DNA from: Candidatus Poribacteria bacterium
GTDB taxonomy: Bacteria; Poribacteria; WGA-4E; PCPOR2b
Length of the DNA: 64,000 bases
Assembly: GCA_965198175.1 (NCBI GenBank)
Contig: OZ240245.1
Location: 3,616,001-3,680,000 of the forward strand
Direction: 5' to 3'
Shown here piece by piece: positions 31,524 to 38,786 of the stretch (its first letter is position 1; each line of letters begins with the position of its first letter). Under the pieces are notes generated by a model that was not told where the DNA came from, did not search any database, and saw only the letters and a list, made by a program, of their open reading frames with translations. Position numbers and translations under genes: made by a program.

Positions 31524-31910
31524 TCACCATTCTCTGTTAACGTCGTAGGCATCAAATTCTGTGTCTACGCTAATAATTGGAAGTCCTTCAACAAGTCCTT
31601 GAGCGATTATCATGCGGTCAAATGGATCTCGGTGATGAAAAGGTAAAGTGGTCAGCTTGATGAGGCTATCAACTGTGATATCCAATATCTCAATATGATT
31701 GAAACGCAGCCTCTCTGGAAACACCTGTTCAAACGGTTTGCCTAAATCAAGTTTCCCCAACCCTACCTTAATTGCTATCTCCCATAGGCTGACGATGCTA
31801 AGGAACTTCTCGTTACTTGAATCATCAATTAACCGTCGTGCTCTATCGCTCAGTCTTTCGTCGCCGGCGAGAAACCAAAGCAGCGTATGTGTATCAAGCA
31901 GATACTTCAT
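31524..31910 (-). CDS. vapC: PIN-domain (VapC-type) toxin
   Basis: YLLDTH.LLW, SLWEIAIK..LGKL, HHRDPFDRM.IAQ. Confidence 0.92.
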   Translation of the reverse strand: MKYLLDTHTLLWFLAGDERLSDRARRLIDDSSNEKFLSIVSLWEIAIKVGLGKLDLGKPFEQVFPERLRFNHIEILDITVDSLIKLTTLPFHHRDPFDRMIIAQGLVEGLPIISVDTEFDAYDVNREW

Positions 31911-32743
31911 TCCATGTACTCTTTGAAATCTGGGAGTTCATCGTCAAAATCTTCACTAATATGAATAAGCCCCTTGGCACTCCCAAAGCCAGTCTTTAGC
32001 CATGGTTCCAGAAAAATGGTCTTCCACTCGTATTGGTAGGTTGGCATCAACGTGTCCATTGATTCAGCAAAAAACAGGAGATGGTATTTCACATACGTTT
32101 CGTCCAGCAATTTAATGCAATCATCCAGTTCCTCGAATGTCGGTATAACTTCCGGCTCGCCCTTGTCCCAATGTGCAATACGTTTATCAGCAAACTCTTC
32201 ATGAATCTCTACTGCTGATTTGAGCCGTTTCAGATCATCTTCTACCATCCTGCGATTCACATGCTTTCCGCTGGCATCTGCGTATGGCACGAAGTCATCC
32301 ATCTGTATCAAATCTTTCAGTTGGGCGGTGCTGGTAACCCCTACTTCTTCAAGTTCCTTCCTTCCCTCCGTTTCTAGTTGACTGATGTCAGGTCCATCAG
32401 GATAGGTACAGAGGGAACGATAGTAGTCGCGGGATAGCTCTTCAGGGTTTTTGGCAATATCATCAAGCAGTCCCACAAAGGATATACTGTCCTTTTGCGG
32501 CTTGATTTGCCGACGCAGCCCTGCAAGTGCATGAGAAAGATAAGTCCTCCCAAGATAGCGATAGAAAGCACTCGGCTTTTGGATACGCGGATTCGCACGG
32601 ATTATGTCTTGGACTTCCCAGAACATGTTTGCATCCACAACAAGACCGCAAATCTCTTTTTCGATAGTCTTCATCCATTTCTGCCACTTTTCGAGTTTCG
32701 GGCTTATCTTAAATTCTTGGTCCATGGTTAAATACCTACTCAA
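31907..32743 (-). CDS. HEPN (AbiU2-like) domain fused to a VapB/DUF2281-type antitoxin tail
   Basis: ADKRIAH HEPN-like motif; C-terminal GFGSAKGLIHISEDFDDELPDFKEYM; ATGA overlap with vapC; likely start ATG 32725. Confidence 0.65.
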   Translation of the reverse strand: MSRYLTMDQEFKISPKLEKWQKWMKTIEKEICGLVVDANMFWEVQDIIRANPRIQKPSAFYRYLGRTYLSHALAGLRRQIKPQKDSISFVGLLDDIAKNPEELSRDYYRSLCTYPDGPDISQLETEGRKELEEVGVTSTAQLKDLIQMDDFVPYADASGKHVNRRMVEDDLKRLKSAVEIHEEFADKRIAHWDKGEPEVIPTFEELDDCIKLLDETYVKYHLLFFAESMDTLMPTYQYEWKTIFLEPWLKTGFGSAKGLIHISEDFDDELPDFKEYME

Positions 32744-32874
32744 ACGAAGAAGTTTAGCTGTCTAGGGAATCGACAATTTGTTCCATTGAAGATTCTCACA
32801 ATTACCTGATGGCATGGATGAGTTGTTCTCATAAGGCTCGTATTTTGAGAATCGAGTGCTTCCGTTGGTTAGCA
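32739..32874 (-). other. Degenerate attC-like site downstream of the MazG-like gene
   Basis: Minus strand: TGCTAAC 6 nt after the stop, then CAACGGAAGCACTCG; far end CTAAACTTCTTCGTTTGAG resembles the other two right ends. Confidence 0.35.
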
Positions 32875-32880
32875 AAATCG

Positions 32881-33194
32881 TCATCTGCTTGATCCTGCAT
32901 CCTGCTTCGATTTGAGTCGCCTCTGGTACTTCTTCAAGACTTCTAACAGTGCCTGTTCCAAATCAACTCCCGTTGAGTTCGCCACGCATACCAGTGAAAA
33001 GAGCAGATCGCCAAGCTCAGACCGCCACTCGTCAGTCGGCTGGAATGGTTTCCTGCCGTAAACCGTGGATGTTAGGATTTCTTTCGACACTTCACCCAGT
33101 TCCGAAACCAGATCGAGAATTCGGTGAGCGACATCGGTTTCGAGTCGATTTGTCTCCACAAATCAGCAACGTGCTTTTGGATACTCTCATTCAT
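32881..33194 (-). pseudogene. MazG-like nucleotide pyrophosphohydrolase, apparent 1-nt deletion near the 5' end
   Basis: LDLVSELGEVSKE...ELGDLLFSL..AN..VDL. ATG at 33194 (MNESIQKHVAD) is out of frame with VETNRL at GATTTGTGGAG; the GTG at 33159 could still be used. Confidence 0.65.
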
Positions 33195-33202
33195 TATCTT
33201 TT

Positions 33203-33289
33203 GCCTAACGACCCAAGTTCAGTTGCGGCAGGACTTTGCGGAAAATGTATGGCAGACCAAAACCCGCCGCAACCCGACAAACATTAGAC
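33203..33289 (-). other. attC-like integron recombination site
   Basis: Minus strand GTCTAAT...GTTGCGGCGGGTTTTG / CAAAGTCCTGCCGCAAC...TGAACTTGGGTC GTTAGGC; 87-bp imperfect palindrome; next ATG 9 nt downstream. Confidence 0.6.
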
Positions 33290-33386
33290 ATCATTCCCAA
33301 GCCAATCAGAGCAAAGGTAGATGCCATCGGGCTCCGAGATTATTTTGGAAAGATGTCTATTATCAAAACCCGAGCTCCCATGAACT

Positions 33387-34292
33387 TCAATGGCTTGTCA
33401 GAGCATTTATAAAATGATCAAAATAACAGGAAATAAATCCATTCAATTCATCGCTTCATTCTTTCTGGGCCGTTTCTATAAACAACGGGGCCTTGGACTT
33501 GTTCTTTATCCAAGTGTTCAATAGACAGACCCGATAAGTGATGAAATGTTCAACGTTTTTATAGCTTGCGCTTTTGTGTTGGCTATACTCTAACAGAAAT
33601 AAATCAAAGAATTCTATAGTCTTTTCTATACCATATTTTCGGTTTACAAACATGAACATGTAGATGGTATTGGCTATTTCATAGTCATACCAATGATAAC
33701 AGCAATCATCAAAATCGAATAGTTTGACCTGTTCATTATATAACTTCATATTGGAAGCGTTAAAATCACCATGAATTAGATCATAAGAACGATCTTCTTT
33801 GTTTAGGTTCTCCCACCAATCTAAAACGTCAAAACACTCTGGGTATTGACTGTCGGGTTCAATCTGGAAGTAAGGAGACTCATCGGCAAGTCGCCTACTA
33901 TATCGTTGGGGGTGAATTGATGTCTCATGATGGAGTTGAGCAAGGCATTTGGCTATTATAGCCACATCATTTCTGCGATTTAGGTTGGGATATTGCCCTT
34001 CAGCCCACTCGAAATAGGGGATATATTTGGTCTCATTATTTACATCAACGGTCTCAATTCATTTGTTTTGTAGTCCTTTTTGGGGCTTACAGAAATATCG
34101 AAGATGACGTCCCAGATTATTTAATAGGCGGATTTCATCCAAAAGAGCTGTCTTGCTTCGATGTTTGCTATCGGTTATTCTTATAATTTTCTTTGCGTCG
34201 CCAATTCGTGCGACGAATACAAGGTTTTGCCCCCGTCTCAATAACTTCAGAGGACCGTCAAATTGTAGTGTCTCTTCTAGCATTCTTATCAT
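33387..34292 (-). pseudogene. AT-rich aminoglycoside/homoserine-kinase-like phosphotransferase interrupted by in-frame TGA codons
   Basis: LAQLH, IHGDFN..N, LFDFDD motifs; ORFs 34059..34292 and 33456..33965 share one frame, separated only by TGA. Confidence 0.75.
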
Positions 34293-34298
34293 GATATG

Positions 34299-34328
34299 CC
34301 CTAACGAACAAGTCCAGTCGTATTAGGG
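34299..34328 (-). other. Collapsed attC-like site
   Basis: Minus strand CCCTAAT ACGACTGGACTTGTTC GTTAGGG, 6 nt before the phosphotransferase ATG. Confidence 0.4.
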
Positions 34329-34388
34329 GATTAGGTGAACACCGCCTCCCGCTAGCGACGCGACGGAATTGGCATGCCACTGGCAGTG

Positions 34389-35831
34389 TCATCTATCTTT
34401 GTCTTGGCTAAAACCGTCCCTTATCCAGTATACAAAATTGGATATCCGTTTCGGGATGGGGTATAATCCGATGCCACAAATTACAATTACTACAACAGCG
34501 AAAAACCACTCCCATTCACTTTCGGGTACATTTCCCCATACAACATATATCACCCATAACACAGTTAGCGTAACTGAGCAGGTAAAAACAACTGTTCTAA
34601 CACCTTCAGATCGAGGTTGCTTGGTTTCCAATTGTCGTTGCTGCGTTCCTCCTTTGGACCTCTTAGAAGGTACTGCATCGCCTCCTTCGGTTCCTCCTCC
34701 AGCATCAGTCCCATCACCTTCTGTTCCAGCATCTGACGCTCCTCCAGTCTCATCTAGTTCGGTTTCAGCCGTTGTCGTTTGCTCTCCACCGGTTCCAGGT
34801 TCGTCAGTGTCCAGTCCGCCAGTGTCAGCAGGTGGAGACTCTCCGGTCTCGGCTCCTCCTTCGCCTTCGTCAGCAGCTCCAGCACCTTCCGGTACAGTGG
34901 ATGTCTGCTCACCGCTCGCACTCGGCTCAGTCGTCGTTCCCGTTCCCTCTCCAGTTGTTGCTGTTCCTGGTTTCTCGTCGGGTCTTGATTCTGCTTGTTG
35001 TGGTGCCTCATTGCGTAATTCCTCCATAACACTGATGAGTTCTTCAACTGACTTGACTTCCGCCTCTAGCACGTCGCCTTGCACCGCCGCTTGCCCTTCC
35101 GCAACCTTATCTATGACAATAACTCGTGTGCCGAAAGCGGTGCTGTAACGGGAATACACAGCGCCCGCAACGTGCACATTAGCCCGCACATTTCCGTATT
35201 TCCGTACATCGTTCCAGAATTTCGCGTATGTGCGAGAGTTCATCGACATACCGCCTTTAGGACGACCAGCAACATCGATACCGCCTCCAACGATAGCAAC
35301 TAATCTGCCGGCAGGCTTCAGACGGCGCAACGCTTGGATGACATGGTTACCCGCAACCTGCAAATCGTTCTTGCCGCCCATACGCTCAGCCTGCGAGAAT
35401 GGCGGGTTCATAATCACTCGGTCAGGGACGATGCTTTCGTCCAAGAGATTGTCTAAGTTCTCGCCGTCAACATTGGTGGGGTCAAACCCTTGTCTCTTTA
35501 GACCTGCACGGCGACGCTCGCTTATCTCGTTGACATGCACAGTTGCGCCGGCTTTCCTAGCCCAGGTTGCCAAGTTTCCTGTACCAGCCGAGGGTTCTAA
35601 GACCACCATACCAGGCCGAATTCCTGCTATCCAGTTGACAGCGTAAGCGTAAGAGTGCGGTGTAGAAAACTCTTGCTGCGCCCCCGCCTCCGAATCCCTA
35701 ACCTTCTGCTTCGGTAACAGCGCCTCGACGCGCTCACGGATGCGGGCAACAATCGCTTGCGCCGCTTGCACATTCACATCAAGCGGGTTACGTGCTGGCT
35801 TTACTGACGCCACACTAGGACTCCTCCACAT
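34389..35831 (-). CDS. Chimeric protein: amino-methyltransferase domain + acidic linker + two-TM tail
   Basis: FSTP, VLEPSAGTG (motif I), MNPPFS (motif IV), of the type found in strawberry-notch/DarB-like MGE proteins; tail paralogous to 31239..31508. Confidence 0.7.
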   Translation of the reverse strand: MWRSPSVASVKPARNPLDVNVQAAQAIVARIRERVEALLPKQKVRDSEAGAQQEFSTPHSYAYAVNWIAGIRPGMVVLEPSAGTGNLATWARKAGATVHVNEISERRRAGLKRQGFDPTNVDGENLDNLLDESIVPDRVIMNPPFSQAERMGGKNDLQVAGNHVIQALRRLKPAGRLVAIVGGGIDVAGRPKGGMSMNSRTYAKFWNDVRKYGNVRANVHVAGAVYSRYSTAFGTRVIVIDKVAEGQAAVQGDVLEAEVKSVEELISVMEELRNEAPQQAESRPDEKPGTATTGEGTGTTTEPSASGEQTSTVPEGAGAADEGEGGAETGESPPADTGGLDTDEPGTGGEQTTTAETELDETGGASDAGTEGDGTDAGGGTEGGDAVPSKRSKGGTQQRQLETKQPRSEGVRTVVFTCSVTLTVLWVIYVVWGNVPESEWEWFFAVVVIVICGIGLYPIPKRISNFVYWIRDGFSQDKDR

Positions 35832-35834
35832 GAG

Positions 35835-36701
35835 TCAAAATAGGTCCGCACTAGCCTTATTACTAGGATAATCGAGACCGAGGTGATAAAACTTGTCAGG
35901 CTGTGGTTCGTGGATAACCCATTCCTTCTCAATTCTGTTGTTTTTTGGCGGCCACTCTTTCATCCGTAGAAACGGAACTGAGGGAAGACAGGAAATTAAG
36001 AATTTATAAACTGGATTTGGGTGTAAGAGCCCTACAATAGATGTTTTATCAGGAAAAACACTGAATAGCAGTATCGCTGAAATGCTACGTCTACACGTTT
36101 CCAATCTCCCACTTTTTAGTCGGAAAAAGACAGCATTTTCCAGATTGGTTACCGAATCAACATTTCCCAATTTACCAGTATTATCTGGCTTATCAATAGG
36201 CTCTAAAATCTCCGGCTCACTTGTCAGCAAAACTTCTGCACCGGCCTGACCTAAAAGCACACTAGATCCGGGATGTTCACATGTAATTACAAGAATCCGA
36301 GGACAGCAATATCCCGACATTTGCTTTGCTTTTCCGACCGCCTTACTAAGTAGCTTTGGAGTTGGGAAGGTGAAAGGTCCACCGAAACCAGCTTCGGGAA
36401 ATTCCATTGGTAATTCTGATTGGCCAGCTAGAGATTCAGCCTCAACACAAGTAACCTCGGATACGAATTCAGTACCGGCTTCTGATTCACACCGGAAGTC
36501 TACACCACCCTTATTTGAATCTTCTTCCACCTGAACATCATTACACTTAGCTCTAAAGAAACAACACGCAATCGCTTCAGCTTTTGCACCTTCGGGCTGA
36601 GATTTCAACCGGTCGCAATAGCGTTGATAATGTACCGGATATCTAGCATCCAAAAAACGTCTATGGCTATCAATTACCTTTGTTATCGAAGACATCGTCA
36701 T
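35835..36701 (-). CDS. Hypothetical protein, possible PD-(D/E)XK-like fold
   Basis: 288-aa ORF; AE...GGVDF......FVSEVT resembles a restriction-nuclease-like core (weak). Confidence 0.55.
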   Translation of the reverse strand: MTMSSITKVIDSHRRFLDARYPVHYQRYCDRLKSQPEGAKAEAIACCFFRAKCNDVQVEEDSNKGGVDFRCESEAGTEFVSEVTCVEAESLAGQSELPMEFPEAGFGGPFTFPTPKLLSKAVGKAKQMSGYCCPRILVITCEHPGSSVLLGQAGAEVLLTSEPEILEPIDKPDNTGKLGNVDSVTNLENAVFFRLKSGRLETCRRSISAILLFSVFPDKTSIVGLLHPNPVYKFLISCLPSVPFLRMKEWPPKNNRIEKEWVIHEPQPDKFYHLGLDYPSNKASADLF

Positions 36702-36749
36702 TGAACACCTAAATTATTTTCCTTATCAGGCGATAGTGGCTTGCTACTT

Positions 36750-37253
36750 TTATTGCATCTGATCGACCAGTTCTTCCAAAAATGCAGAGTTGCCTTTGAA
36801 CGACCAAAGACTTCTGTGGATTTTCAACGACTTAACAACTTTCCCGGTTCTTAGGTCTATGAGTGAACCATACAATTTTATAATTTTGCGCTCGCTGAAT
36901 ATGCCGTCCCAACGAGAAGAATAGCTAAATGTCAGTGCATAGACAGATCCTAACTCGGTGACATTGTATGATTCAATACCTCCTCGCGCCTGCTGGTTCC
37001 TATAGTCCATATTTACGTCAAGTTTCGCCTTCCTTACAGCAACGTCATGTGAGACGACATCGTACCCTCTAGATATAAGGAGATGTTCTAGTTCGCCCGC
37101 TAAAGCTAGGGGGTCGCCGATTTTGCACATCACAGTAACAGTATCATTTTTGCTAAATTTTGCCCTTTGATGTTCCGTGACATTGACAACGGATGCGCAA
37201 CCTGATAAAAAAATCGAGAAAACTAATACATGAAGACAATGTTTACAGACCAC
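36750..37253 (-). CDS. Hypothetical lipoprotein
   Basis: Lipobox LSGC; GAGG RBS. Confidence 0.7.
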   Translation of the reverse strand: MVCKHCLHVLVFSIFLSGCASVVNVTEHQRAKFSKNDTVTVMCKIGDPLALAGELEHLLISRGYDVVSHDVAVRKAKLDVNMDYRNQQARGGIESYNVTELGSVYALTFSYSSRWDGIFSERKIIKLYGSLIDLRTGKVVKSLKIHRSLWSFKGNSAFLEELVDQMQ

Positions 37254-37363
37254 CTCAAAACTCCCTATAAAGATTAGTCAAAAAACTAAAAAAGAGGGTG
37301 ATTGCTGAAAGCTTCCTACTTAACCAGGACCTGTCCCCAATCGCCAAGGGTGGGTTCAGGTAA

Positions 37364-37873
37364 TCATTCGGATGACGCCCATTTTTTTATATGCCTCAAA
37401 TCTCTCACTACTGATTGTAACCCCTTAGCACCCGACTGTAGACACTGAACCAATTTCTGTAATTCCGGAACATCCGTCTCCAAAATCCCAGCGAACCCTT
37501 GTATGCTCTGTACGTCGGTCTCCAAATCGTTAGCGGACGCCTTTGAGTCTTCAACGTGCGTCCAGTAAGGCGCAAATCCAGCTTGCGGGTGTATTGTCTC
37601 ATCGAACGTAGCTAAATGTTCGCCAATCTTCCATAAAGTTTCAGCCTCTGTCCGTGCACATTCGGTGACCGTCTTCAAACCTCCAATGTTCGGCAGTAAA
37701 CCGTAAGTGACTGTCTGTAAACTTTTGATTTGCGTTGGTAAGGATTCAATGCTCGTTTGCAAAGCTTCGATGTTTGGTAGTAAACGTTCAGTAACCTCCT
37801 GGGAACGTTTAGCGACACACTGTACAAATTCAGCGTGCCGCTGGATTTCATCGTGGGACAATTTACGACTCAA
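37364..37873 (-). CDS. Hypothetical coiled-coil protein
   Basis: AGGAGGA RBS before TTG; heptad-like repeats (LLPNIEALQT / LLPNIGGLKT). Confidence 0.6.
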   Translation of the reverse strand: MSRKLSHDEIQRHAEFVQCVAKRSQEVTERLLPNIEALQTSIESLPTQIKSLQTVTYGLLPNIGGLKTVTECARTEAETLWKIGEHLATFDETIHPQAGFAPYWTHVEDSKASANDLETDVQSIQGFAGILETDVPELQKLVQCLQSGAKGLQSVVRDLRHIKKWASSE

Positions 37874-38022
37874 TGAAGTTCCTCCTTTCTAAACGAGATT
37901 TCACGCACCCCAAAAAATTAAAGCGTGACGAACCGGGTTCCAGTATCAAAGTATCGTTCTACCGAATGTTTCACAATCTCCTCAATTTTGGCAACCGACA
38001 ACTGCATCGCCTTGTTCGAAAC

Positions 38023-38292
38023 TCAAAGTTGATTTAGCAATCTGTCATACTCGGTATGAGAGCCGATCCAGAACCAATAGACTGCCTCATCTTCCGATAA
38101 GCTCAAAGCACGCCATCCAATTCCAACTCGGACTGAGTAAATTGGCTCTCTGGGATGCACCCGTTTGAATTGCAAACTTGGATGGTTAGCGTTTTCCCGC
38201 CAAAGACGATAGTTTTTGCGAGCTTTCTCTTTGATATTCTGGGGTAGCCGCCGAAAGCAGGAAAGAAAATCCTCTGTCAGATATGAGTTCAC
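38023..38292 (-). CDS. RelE/ParE-superfamily toxin
   Basis: F...F..LP..I...A.KNY.LW..N..HPSLQFK.V...YSVRVG..WRAL...WFWIGSH.EYD. Confidence 0.85.
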   Translation of the reverse strand: MNSYLTEDFLSCFRRLPQNIKEKARKNYRLWRENANHPSLQFKRVHPREPIYSVRVGIGWRALSLSEDEAVYWFWIGSHTEYDRLLNQL

Positions 38293-38507
38293 AACTCATC
38301 GATCTCCACCTTTTTGATACGACCTGCCTTAATGTCAGCGCGGACTTTTGCGGTGAGTTGGGCAAGTTTATCTTGTGATGCGGCAAAAGCCCCATCCCAT
38401 AGCCGTTCATCTTCAAGTTCTTCAAGAATCACAGCCGCAATTGCGTTCTGTTTTTCAGGCGGAAGGTTATAAACCTCGGTGAGTGCTTTTTCAAGAAGCT
38501 GGGTCAT
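38289..38507 (-). CDS. Cognate antitoxin
   Basis: MTQLLEKA..EV..LP...Q.AIA..ILEELEDE..WD..FA.SQD.L; overlaps the toxin start. Confidence 0.8.
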   Translation of the reverse strand: MTQLLEKALTEVYNLPPEKQNAIAAVILEELEDERLWDGAFAASQDKLAQLTAKVRADIKAGRIKKVEIDEL

Positions 38508-38520
38508 AATTCTGCTCCTT

Positions 38521-38697
38521 TAGGACTTACACACTTTAATTGTAGATCCCTGATTCATAATGCGTAGGGTGTGTTTCTAATGCGTAATTCATATCAATAT
38601 AATCTAAGACGGGGCACGCATTACTTCTTACGGATGACTTCCTACGAATCAGCAGGCAGAGGAGGTCGGCGATTCAGCACTCACCTGCGTAAATCCT
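38521..38697. repeat. Intergenic MITE/REP-like element, copy B
   Basis: Imperfect terminal inverted repeats AGGACTTACACA ... TGCGTAAATCCT; shares sequence with 16267-16445. Confidence 0.55.
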
Positions 38698-38723
38698 TTT
38701 GTAGTAAAATCCGAAAAGTAAAC

Positions 38724-38768
38724 AAAAGAAGCCGGGTTTTTGACAACCCATCAAAAACCCGGCTTCTA
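38724..38768 (-). terminator. Hairpin / probable intrinsic terminator after the sulfite reductase gene
   Basis: AGAAGCCGGGTTTTTGA...TCAAAAACCCGGCTTCT perfect 17-bp stem followed by a T-run on the minus strand. Confidence 0.6.
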
Positions 38769-38786
38769 TCGACAACGCCTTACATA

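Noticed and set aside
34369..35148. Pro/Ser-rich 259-aa plus-strand ORF
   Set aside because: Antisense shadow of the low-complexity Gly/Glu/Thr linker
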